IMG/VR virus record: IMGVR_UViG_3300018053_000002
Coordinates: 1-64,000 of that record
DNA: 64,000 nucleotides
Source: a virus
Reading direction: 5' to 3' (one strand)
The notes under the pieces: model-generated
The model's database searches: none
What the model was told of the DNA's origin: nothing
The model's input: the letters and a program-made list of their open reading frames with translations, nothing else
Shown here: piece after piece, positions 18,541-25,812 of the stretch
Layout: the number at the start of each line of letters is the position of its first letter
Numbering within the stretch: the stretch's first letter is position 1
Made by a program: the position numbers and the translations under genes

Positions 18541-18728
18541 TGGTTGCACTCACGACGCGTGCCCGCGGTCTTGGGCCCATTGTGCTGACGTCGATTGGTG
18601 CCCTCGTCATCGGGGCTGGTTGGCTGACTCACCGGATCGTTGCCGGGTCCTGGTTCGCTATGACCTGGATCGCCGCAGCGTTCATGGAGGGCTGGGCCTC
18701 GGCTCAGCGGCCACGTGTCGTTTCTTGA
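18540..18728 (+). CDS. Small membrane protein between terL and portal
   Basis: Two hydrophobic segments; TGATG coupling. Confidence 0.6.
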   Translation: MVALTTRARGLGPIVLTSIGALVIGAGWLTHRIVAGSWFAMTWIAAAFMEGWASAQRPRVVS

Positions 18729-21444
18729 CCGCATCAACGCTCGGCACCGTGGCGAGACGCGCAACTCGATCGACGGGTGGGTCAGCGACTATCTGTTTCC
18801 GGCCTCTGGCATGTTCGGGTTCGGTGGCAACCAGTACCCGTACGGGCTGAACACGACCTACTCCCGGCTGGCCGTCCAGGAGATCTCCTCGACCTTGCCG
18901 GGGCATATGGCCGCGGTACGGGGCTGCCCGCCAGCATTCGCAGCGGAGATGGTGCGGGCGCTGGTGCTCTCTCAGACGCGCTTCACGTTCCGGAACCCGC
19001 CCAGTCATCCCAAGACGCCGCGGCGGACGTTTGGCACGGGGGCGCTCTCGTTGCTGGAGCACCCGTGGCCGAACGCGACTACCGGCGAGCTGGTTGCCCG
19101 GATGGAATGGCACGCCGGTCTTGCTGGCAACGCCTTCGTCACCAACCGGACCGCGGGTCGGTTGCGGGTGCTGCGTCCGGACTGGGTAGCCATCCTGTAC
19201 GGCAGCGACCAGGAACCGGAGATGGCCGCGCACGCGCTCGACGGCGAGCTGCTCGGCTATGTCTATTGCCCTGGTGGGTTGGTGTCGACGGGACTTTCCT
19301 TGGCGCCGGCTGGCGGTGGAGAGCTTTACACCTTGCTGCCTCACGAGGTCGCGCACTGGTCGCCGCTGCCTGATCCTGAGGGTGCCGGTATCGGGATGTC
19401 CTGGATTACGCCGGCCATCCGGGAGATTCAGGGTGACACCATTGCTGCGCAGCACAAGGTTCTGTTCTTCCAGAATGCGGCGACCCCGAATCTTGTGGTC
19501 AAGGGCATTCCGGCGCTGACGAAAGATCAATTTGATGAGATCGTCGGTGCGATGGAGGAGCAGCACGCCGGTATTAGGAACGCTTACAAGACCCTTTACC
19601 TGACTGCCGGCGCCGATGCCACCGTGGTGGGCGCCAATATGCAGGAGGTCGACTTCAAATCCACGGTGGGTAGCGGTGAAACGCGGATCTCGTTCCTGTC
19701 GCGGGTGCCGGCACCGGTGCTGGGAATCTCAGAAGGACTCGCCGGGTCGAGCTTGAACGCCGGCAACTTTGGACAGGCCCGTCGCAACTTTAGTGACACC
19801 TGGGTGTACCCGACGCTGCAAGATCTCTGCGCTGCGCTCGTGTCGATGGTCCGGGTTCCCTCGGATGCCGAGCTGTGGTACGACGTCACGGACATGCCGT
19901 TGCTTCGTGAGGACGCGAAGGATGCGGCCGAGATCATCAATATTCAGGTTGAGGGTGTCACTAAGGCCGTTCGAGAGGGCTTTACCGCCGTTTCCTCGAT
20001 CGCTGCGATTGCTGGTCAGAACGTCAATCTGCTGGTGCACACTGGTCTGACCTCCGTCCAGCTCCAGAAGCCGGGGGAGGATCCGAATGACCCGTCCGCC
20101 GGTGACACTGGGCCCGACGGTGAGCCCACCGATGATAAGACTCAAGCTCTGTCTGATGCGTTGGACGAGGTTTCTGCTAGTCGGAACGTTGAAGAGCGCG
20201 TGAAGGTGCCGAGGAAACGGCTGCCTAGTTCGCGTCACCGAGGGGGTGCGTGGGCGATGTCTATGGACCCCCAGCTTCGGCATCGGACGTTGCAATTGAT
20301 CGGGCTTGCGGATCGCAATGCTGTTCCTGACGATTCAGACGACCTTGACGAGGATGCGGCGGCGCTCCTCTGGGCTCTTCAGGAGATCGAAGACCTGGAC
20401 GATGAGATCGAGGAGGCCCCTTCGGCTCGGAATCGAGCGCTTCGTCTGGCCGGTGTGGAGCGTGCATGGACCGCTGCCCAAGCCGCTAAGCATCCTCGCA
20501 ATTTGAAGGGCCCGGGTGGCGGGCGGTTCCGGTCGTTGTCACAGAGGCTCATTGACTGGATGTCAAGCATGGGCAATCGTGAGGACAGTCCGTTTGATGG
20601 CTTTGACCGAAAGCAACTGGCAAAGGTTGCTAGAGCGCGTGGTCTGAAGGTCGATCGTAAGGACGATCGGGATGCGATCATCGACAAGCTGGTTGATAAC
20701 CTTGAGTTCAAGGATCCTGGGAAGAAGGAAAGCCTGAAGAAGGCGATAGCCGGGAAGAAGAGCCGGGCACTGCACAAGTCGGTGGCGGTAGAGAAGGACC
20801 AGTTTGGCCAGGAGATAGCCCCGAAGGCGGTCCCGAAGGCGGTCCCGAAGGCGAAGCCTGGCCCTGATGATGTCGCGATCAGCAAGGCGCTACGGTCGCT
20901 GTCCTCGGGAGAGTTTGCCAGTATCGATGGAAGCCAGATCGATGCGTTCATGGCGGCCATGAGGGGCCAGGATCCTCCGGTCAATCTCTCATACCTCAAG
21001 GTGAACGGTCCTGGTAATGGGAACCTCTATGACCGGCATCTGCGGGACATTCCCCGATCGGAGATGCCGCAACTACCGACGACCGTTGAGGACTTGCAGG
21101 CGTTCCGTCTCAAGCTCGCCGACATGAACGTCAAGACAACTTATGAGCAGGTTGACCCGCGAACTCTCGTCGCGACACAGAGCGAGCTGAACGGTCCGAA
21201 GGTTGCGAAGCTGTTTGGTTTCATGCGCGAGGGCGGATGGCAAGAGGGTGGCGCGCTCATCATCTCACGCGAGGGGGCCGTGCTGGACGGGCATCACCGT
21301 TGGGCTGGTGCTGCTGCTGCCCGTGCGGCCGGCAAGGACATCAACGTCACGGCACTCCGAGTTGACATGGGTATTGACGAGCTTCTGGACGTGGCGCAGA
21401 CGGTGTCGCTTCCCCGTAAGTCGCTCGACGAGGCTCCGAAGTAG
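18715..21444 (+). CDS. HK97-type portal protein fused in frame to a tagged extension carrying a ParB/Srx-like domain
   Basis: Portal motifs (LL..P.PN.T, GNAF, LRPD.V, FF.N.ATP, VP..LG) in the first ~450 aa; C-terminal LDGHHRW ParB-like domain; internal RBS+ATG at 20257. Confidence 0.85.
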   Translation: MSFLDRINARHRGETRNSIDGWVSDYLFPASGMFGFGGNQYPYGLNTTYSRLAVQEISSTLPGHMAAVRGCPPAFAAEMVRALVLSQTRFTFRNPPSHPKTPRRTFGTGALSLLEHPWPNATTGELVARMEWHAGLAGNAFVTNRTAGRLRVLRPDWVAILYGSDQEPEMAAHALDGELLGYVYCPGGLVSTGLSLAPAGGGELYTLLPHEVAHWSPLPDPEGAGIGMSWITPAIREIQGDTIAAQHKVLFFQNAATPNLVVKGIPALTKDQFDEIVGAMEEQHAGIRNAYKTLYLTAGADATVVGANMQEVDFKSTVGSGETRISFLSRVPAPVLGISEGLAGSSLNAGNFGQARRNFSDTWVYPTLQDLCAALVSMVRVPSDAELWYDVTDMPLLREDAKDAAEIINIQVEGVTKAVREGFTAVSSIAAIAGQNVNLLVHTGLTSVQLQKPGEDPNDPSAGDTGPDGEPTDDKTQALSDALDEVSASRNVEERVKVPRKRLPSSRHRGGAWAMSMDPQLRHRTLQLIGLADRNAVPDDSDDLDEDAAALLWALQEIEDLDDEIEEAPSARNRALRLAGVERAWTAAQAAKHPRNLKGPGGGRFRSLSQRLIDWMSSMGNREDSPFDGFDRKQLAKVARARGLKVDRKDDRDAIIDKLVDNLEFKDPGKKESLKKAIAGKKSRALHKSVAVEKDQFGQEIAPKAVPKAVPKAKPGPDDVAISKALRSLSSGEFASIDGSQIDAFMAAMRGQDPPVNLSYLKVNGPGNGNLYDRHLRDIPRSEMPQLPTTVEDLQAFRLKLADMNVKTTYEQVDPRTLVATQSELNGPKVAKLFGFMREGGWQEGGALIISREGAVLDGHHRWAGAAAARAAGKDINVTALRVDMGIDELLDVAQTVSLPRKSLDEAPK
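20248..20276 (+). repeat. 29-bp direct repeat, copy 1 (copy 2 at 25405-25433)
   Basis: GCGTGGGCGATGTCTATGGACCCCCAGCT identical at both sites. Confidence 0.9.
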
Positions 21445-21486
21445 ACTTGAGCCGTGCGGTGCTACCGACGATGAGAGGGGAGGTAG

Positions 21487-21660
21487 ATGATGGCAGAAGG
21501 TAGAGAACTGAAGCTCGGTGGTGAGCCCACCACGCCGCCACCGGATCCTGACCAGCCGTGGCTATGGACCGGTGACGAGTCGATCGGGAAGAAGGGCTGG
21601 ATCCTGGTGATCACTGACACCGGAGACGGTGTCCCCGAGTCACTTGATGACCTTGACTAG
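21487..21660 (+). CDS. Small acidic protein
   Basis: GGGGAGGT RBS; 57 aa. Confidence 0.6.
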   Translation: MMAEGRELKLGGEPTTPPPDPDQPWLWTGDESIGKKGWILVITDTGDGVPESLDDLD

Positions 21661-21877
21661 TCCCCTGTACGAGCGGTTGGTCGAGGTTCTTGGTACCCGT
21701 GATGTGCACCCTGACGTCCGTAGCAAGATCCAGGATGCGTACATAGAAGTTGGTGATACGGGCACCTGGGACGACCTGCCCGTGGACGTGAGGCAGATGA
21801 TCGAGGAGTCCGAGAGGCTTCCGCGTCAGGCTTGGGACGACCCAGCCGACGTACCTCAGGATCTCGACAAGCTCTAA
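21647..21877 (+). CDS. Small acidic protein
   Basis: Overlaps previous stop; 76 aa, D/E-rich. Confidence 0.6.
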   Translation: MTLTSPLYERLVEVLGTRDVHPDVRSKIQDAYIEVGDTGTWDDLPVDVRQMIEESERLPRQAWDDPADVPQDLDKL

Positions 21878-21906
21878 AGGTCTGTTTCCTGGGCCAGGGG
21901 GTGGTT

Positions 21907-24900
21907 ATGCCGCACCCTGGCCTCCGTATATCCGCAGCCGAACGGCACCGGGCCATGCAGCTTGCTGGGCTGCTTGATGTGCGGCGAGTGTATAACCCGG
22001 CGCTACATCCCCGTATCTTGAGGGGCCCGGGTGGCGGTCAATTCCTGAGCAAGAAACTGGTGGCCGGTCAGCATCCGCACAAGGAGCCTCAGAGTACGGA
22101 TCTTCTTCATGACCCTGCCAAGATCGAGGCGCTTCGTCAGACGGTTCGGCGTGCTCGGTCCCGATACGCGGGTCGGACCGCTGACGACCGGTTGGCTGCG
22201 ATCAGTGCCTTGCAGGGATTTGACGGTGCTCCGACCGTTGTGCCAAGCGCTGAGATGGACCGATTGCTGGCAACCGGGGACTTCATCGAGGTTTGGCGTG
22301 GCGTAAAAGGGTTCGGGGCAGCGCCTAGTCAAAAGACTGGTGGTAGCCCGGTCTCAACGACCAAGACCGCGGCTGCCATTAATGACGAGTTCCGTACCGG
22401 GCCGGCGTACTTCGGAACGGGCATCTACGGGAACGGGTTCTACTTTTCGACTGCCAGGGAAACTGCGCAGGGATACGCTGATGACACAGAGGGCAGTCTT
22501 GTACGGGCGTTGATTCCTAAGGATGCCAGGATCGGACGGTGGCGTGCATTGCGTGAAGAGGCTCGCCGCATCAATGACCACCCGGGCGAGGATGGCACGC
22601 TTTATGACGAGGGTCGCTATGCCGCCGCCAGGGGTATTGACGTCATGGAGATTGACGATGATTACCTTGCGACCCAGTTTGGCGTCAGGCCGGATACCCA
22701 GGGTGGCACTAAGTCGGCGTTCAATGTCCTTAATAGGTCCGTTCTGGTTGTCGAGGACAGTCCTTCGGCGGATGTGTTAGCCGAGAAAAAGAGGCGCCAG
22801 TTCCTTATGGAGGTGTCTACCTTCCCGCTCACGTCGATGGACTTCTCGGGCAAGGTCAGGCATCGGGCGCTTCAGCTTGCCGGCATCGTCGGGGCCGATG
22901 AGGATGTCGAGGCGCTCCTGGTGGCTCTGGACGAGTTCCGGGCGTGGGATCCGGCTAAGCATCCTCGTAACTTGAAGGATACTCCGGGCGGGGGCCGGTT
23001 CCGGTCACTTGTGGCTTGGATTAAGGCTGCGCTAAAGATCTGGGACGATAAGCTCCAAAGTAGTGGCGATACGGTGGGAGACAGTCCGCTGGCGGGGTTC
23101 AGTCATGAACAGCTACAGAGGGCGGTAAAGAAGCTAGGGCTCTCGGTGCGACCTGACGCGAGTCGCGCGGAGATTGAAGAGCTGTTTAACGCTGATCTTC
23201 GGGCCCGTATGACCCACGACGCCCTGATTGCCGGCAGGGCTGCTCATGCTCCACCTCCCCCGATCGATGTGCTGATGCGCCGTCTGGCTCAGGAATCGTC
23301 GGCTAACCTCGCTGGGCTGGAGGTCCGGGGGTACGGGAACGAGCATCTGTATGCGAAGCATTTACGTGAGATCCCCCGGGACCAGATGCCGCAGTTGCCG
23401 GAGAACGTGGCTGGACTAACGCCGTTCCTTAAGGCGCTGAACGAGCGGGGCGTCAAGTCAGAGCTGGTGGACATGGATCCCCGGCAGTTGACCATGACCC
23501 AGAACCAGCTCGACAGCAAGAAGGTCGGTTACCTTTACGACGCGATCCGTGACAAGGGGTGGAGAGAAGAGACCGTCATGGTCGCCTCGCGGGAGGGTGC
23601 GATCCTGGACGGTCACCATCGATGGGCTGCTGCCTCCGCTGTTCGTGCGGCCGGTGTTGAGTTTGATCTTCACGTGCTTAAGGTCGATATGGGCATCGAC
23701 GAGCTGTTGACGTTCGCTGATGGCTTTTCGGGTGTCAAGAAGTCGATGGAACAGGCGATGGTGCGTGACCGTACTCTCTGGCTCGCTGGCATCGTCGAGG
23801 AACGGAAATATAACCCGAGCCAAGCCCGGGTCCCGAAGGGTAGTCGGTACGGCGGTCGCTGGGGATCTGTCTCGGTCATGCACAAGCTCTGGGACCGTGC
23901 CAAGGAGGGTGGCTTCACCTATAACACCGTGAGCGGTGATCAGCCCACAACCGGGTTTGCGCTCTCCGTGTATCCGGACCGGTCCCGGGTCATCGCGACG
24001 CGCGATTTCACGCCGGCTTCCATCCAGGAGTACCGTGACGCCAACCGTGAGGTTCTGTCCAAGCCGAACCACTATCTCGGGGCATGGCGCGAGCGTGACG
24101 AGGACGAGGGCGTCGACCGGGTCTGGCTCGACGTGTCTATCGTCCAGAGTGACCGGGCTGAGGCTGAGCGGGTCGGTCAAGAGTTTGATCAGATCGCCAT
24201 GTTCGACCTCGGTGAGGGTACAGAGATTAGTCTCGGTGGTAAGGGTGGAGAGGTCGGGCTACTCGCGGACGTTGCACCCGAGAAGCCGGGGCCGAGAAAG
24301 AGGGCTAAGAGCAGGGCACCTCCTGCGCTCCCTGCTTCGACGACGGCGCAGTCTGACTCTGATTACCAGCCTGGCAAGTGGAAAAAGGCTGACAACAACG
24401 TTGTCAAAGAAGAGTTTCTCGGGATGCTCCGGGACTACTTGCATCGGGCGGGCCTGTCCACCGAAGACGTTAAGCGCATGGTTGAGGACGAGCGGGACGA
24501 CCTTCCTGACCCCCGAGCGGTCTACGAGAACGGTCCGCACTATCTTACTGTGTGGAGCGACAGGCCCATTGGCCAACTCCGGATGGGCGAATTGTTTGAC
24601 GCCATCGACCGGTTGCAGACCACTAATCCCAGCAGTGATCCGCTCAGAATCTCCATTCGGCCTCAGCACGAGATGCCGGGACCGCCAGGTGTGGCAGTAG
24701 GCAAAGCGGCTGGAGCGACGATTCGGGGTACTGGCTCGATAATACTGAGTGATCGGATGATCGATGATTGGAACGACCCCGATCTGTTCGGCAACTTTAT
24801 GCCGGTCCGCACCTCTGTTCCTCTGGGTGAATATGTTGTCACTCACGAGTGGGGCCACGTGGTTGATCACTCTGATGAGGACCCATTGGCTGAGTCCTGG

Positions 24901-25068
24901 CAGAACATAGTCTGGCAGCGAAACGCGAAATACTTGTCGATCTACGGGAACACTGAGTACTCCGAGGGTTACGCGGAGGCGTTCGCTGAGTGGTTCTTGA
25001 CCAAGGGCCAGACAACCAATGTGGCGGCGCAGGCGTATGCTAAGGAATATGGATGGAAGCATGGCTAA
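21907..25068 (+). CDS. Polyvalent virion-associated protein: ART-like + ParB-like + unknown (SAM-lyase-like?) + zincin metallopeptidase
   Basis: WRGV...G.GIYGNGFYF...A..YA...LNRS (ART-like); LDGHHRW (ParB-like); THEWGH...S.Y...E.YAEAF (HExxH); three repeated tags. Confidence 0.75.
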   Translation: MPHPGLRISAAERHRAMQLAGLLDVRRVYNPALHPRILRGPGGGQFLSKKLVAGQHPHKEPQSTDLLHDPAKIEALRQTVRRARSRYAGRTADDRLAAISALQGFDGAPTVVPSAEMDRLLATGDFIEVWRGVKGFGAAPSQKTGGSPVSTTKTAAAINDEFRTGPAYFGTGIYGNGFYFSTARETAQGYADDTEGSLVRALIPKDARIGRWRALREEARRINDHPGEDGTLYDEGRYAAARGIDVMEIDDDYLATQFGVRPDTQGGTKSAFNVLNRSVLVVEDSPSADVLAEKKRRQFLMEVSTFPLTSMDFSGKVRHRALQLAGIVGADEDVEALLVALDEFRAWDPAKHPRNLKDTPGGGRFRSLVAWIKAALKIWDDKLQSSGDTVGDSPLAGFSHEQLQRAVKKLGLSVRPDASRAEIEELFNADLRARMTHDALIAGRAAHAPPPPIDVLMRRLAQESSANLAGLEVRGYGNEHLYAKHLREIPRDQMPQLPENVAGLTPFLKALNERGVKSELVDMDPRQLTMTQNQLDSKKVGYLYDAIRDKGWREETVMVASREGAILDGHHRWAAASAVRAAGVEFDLHVLKVDMGIDELLTFADGFSGVKKSMEQAMVRDRTLWLAGIVEERKYNPSQARVPKGSRYGGRWGSVSVMHKLWDRAKEGGFTYNTVSGDQPTTGFALSVYPDRSRVIATRDFTPASIQEYRDANREVLSKPNHYLGAWRERDEDEGVDRVWLDVSIVQSDRAEAERVGQEFDQIAMFDLGEGTEISLGGKGGEVGLLADVAPEKPGPRKRAKSRAPPALPASTTAQSDSDYQPGKWKKADNNVVKEEFLGMLRDYLHRAGLSTEDVKRMVEDERDDLPDPRAVYENGPHYLTVWSDRPIGQLRMGELFDAIDRLQTTNPSSDPLRISIRPQHEMPGPPGVAVGKAAGATIRGTGSIILSDRMIDDWNDPDLFGNFMPVRTSVPLGEYVVTHEWGHVVDHSDEDPLAESWQNIVWQRNAKYLSIYGNTEYSEGYAEAFAEWFLTKGQTTNVAAQAYAKEYGWKHG

Positions 25069-25222
25069 GCGGGTGATCACCGACACCTCGGAGGGTCCGG
25101 TCTATACGGATCTTTGGGAGTTGTCTGATGAGCAGATCCGGCTCTTGGCCGTGTCTGGTAGCAAGGACGCGACGGAGGAGTTGGCTCGCCGTATCGCGGA
25201 GAGGATGCAGGCGGATGGCTGA
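25061..25222 (+). CDS. Small acidic protein
   Basis: Overlaps polyprotein stop. Confidence 0.6.
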   Translation: MAKRVITDTSEGPVYTDLWELSDEQIRLLAVSGSKDATEELARRIAERMQADG

Positions 25223-25352
25223 GCTGCGTGTTGCCATGATCCCTGGCGATGCCTCTGACGAAGAGATCGACCGTATCCACGCGGCCCTGGTCACGGACCC
25301 GCCACCGGATGAGCCAGATGATGAGCCAGACGATGAGCCGGACGAGGATTGA
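25215..25352 (+). CDS. Small very acidic protein (DEPD repeats)
   Basis: Overlap coupling; GATGAGCC repeats. Confidence 0.55.
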   Translation: MAELRVAMIPGDASDEEIDRIHAALVTDPPPDEPDDEPDDEPDED

Positions 25353-25413
25353 TCCATAACTGAAGGCTTGGGCTCTCTCGCCCACGTGATCCCTGAGGGG
25401 GGTGGCGTGGGCG

Positions 25414-25701
25414 ATGTCTATGGACCCCCAGCTCCGGGATCGAGCGCTCCGGTTGGCTGGCGTTCGTGTGGCCGGCAAGGATGTCACCCCGGGCCACGAT
25501 CAGCTCCACCACTACTGGACCCGTGGTCCCGGTCTCGCTAAATGGGCTAAGAGCCCTCACCCGTGGACGGCGCTTTACAACCATCTTGTCAAGTACGTAG
25601 GCCCCGAGCGCGCAAAGCGTATGGCTGCGCAGTGGCACAAAGAGGTCTTCGGCATCTGGCCAGGGGAAAAGAAAGGCAAGAATCCAGTCGGTCCCGGCTG
25701 A
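25414..25701 (+). CDS. Small head-module protein (L..YW..G.G...L.KY...H...G.WPG) with N-terminal RxRALxLAG tag
   Basis: Motif pattern recalled from actinophage head modules; carries the tag. Confidence 0.7.
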   Translation: MSMDPQLRDRALRLAGVRVAGKDVTPGHDQLHHYWTRGPGLAKWAKSPHPWTALYNHLVKYVGPERAKRMAAQWHKEVFGIWPGEKKGKNPVGPG

Positions 25702-25777
25702 GCGGGGTGCTTGTAACGGTAACTGGCCGGGCTCATATCCCGAGCGACTAAGGGTTCGATTCCCTTCCCCGCCACCA
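25701..25777 (+). tRNA. tRNA-Met(CAT), initiator-like (fMet)
   Basis: Acceptor GCGGGG/CCCCGC with A1:C72 mismatch; GGG-CTCATAT-CCC anticodon arm; AAGGG-TTCGATT-CCCTT T arm; encoded CCA; weak D arm. Confidence 0.8.
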
Positions 25778-25812
25778 ACCCGCATCACACGACATCGAGA
25801 GGTGGTGCGGCG

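Noticed and set aside
17287-18549. Long antisense ORFs (e.g. 17287-18549, 27351-28583, 29685-30761, 32191-33234)
   Set aside because: Shadow frames of well-supported high-GC genes on the opposite strand.
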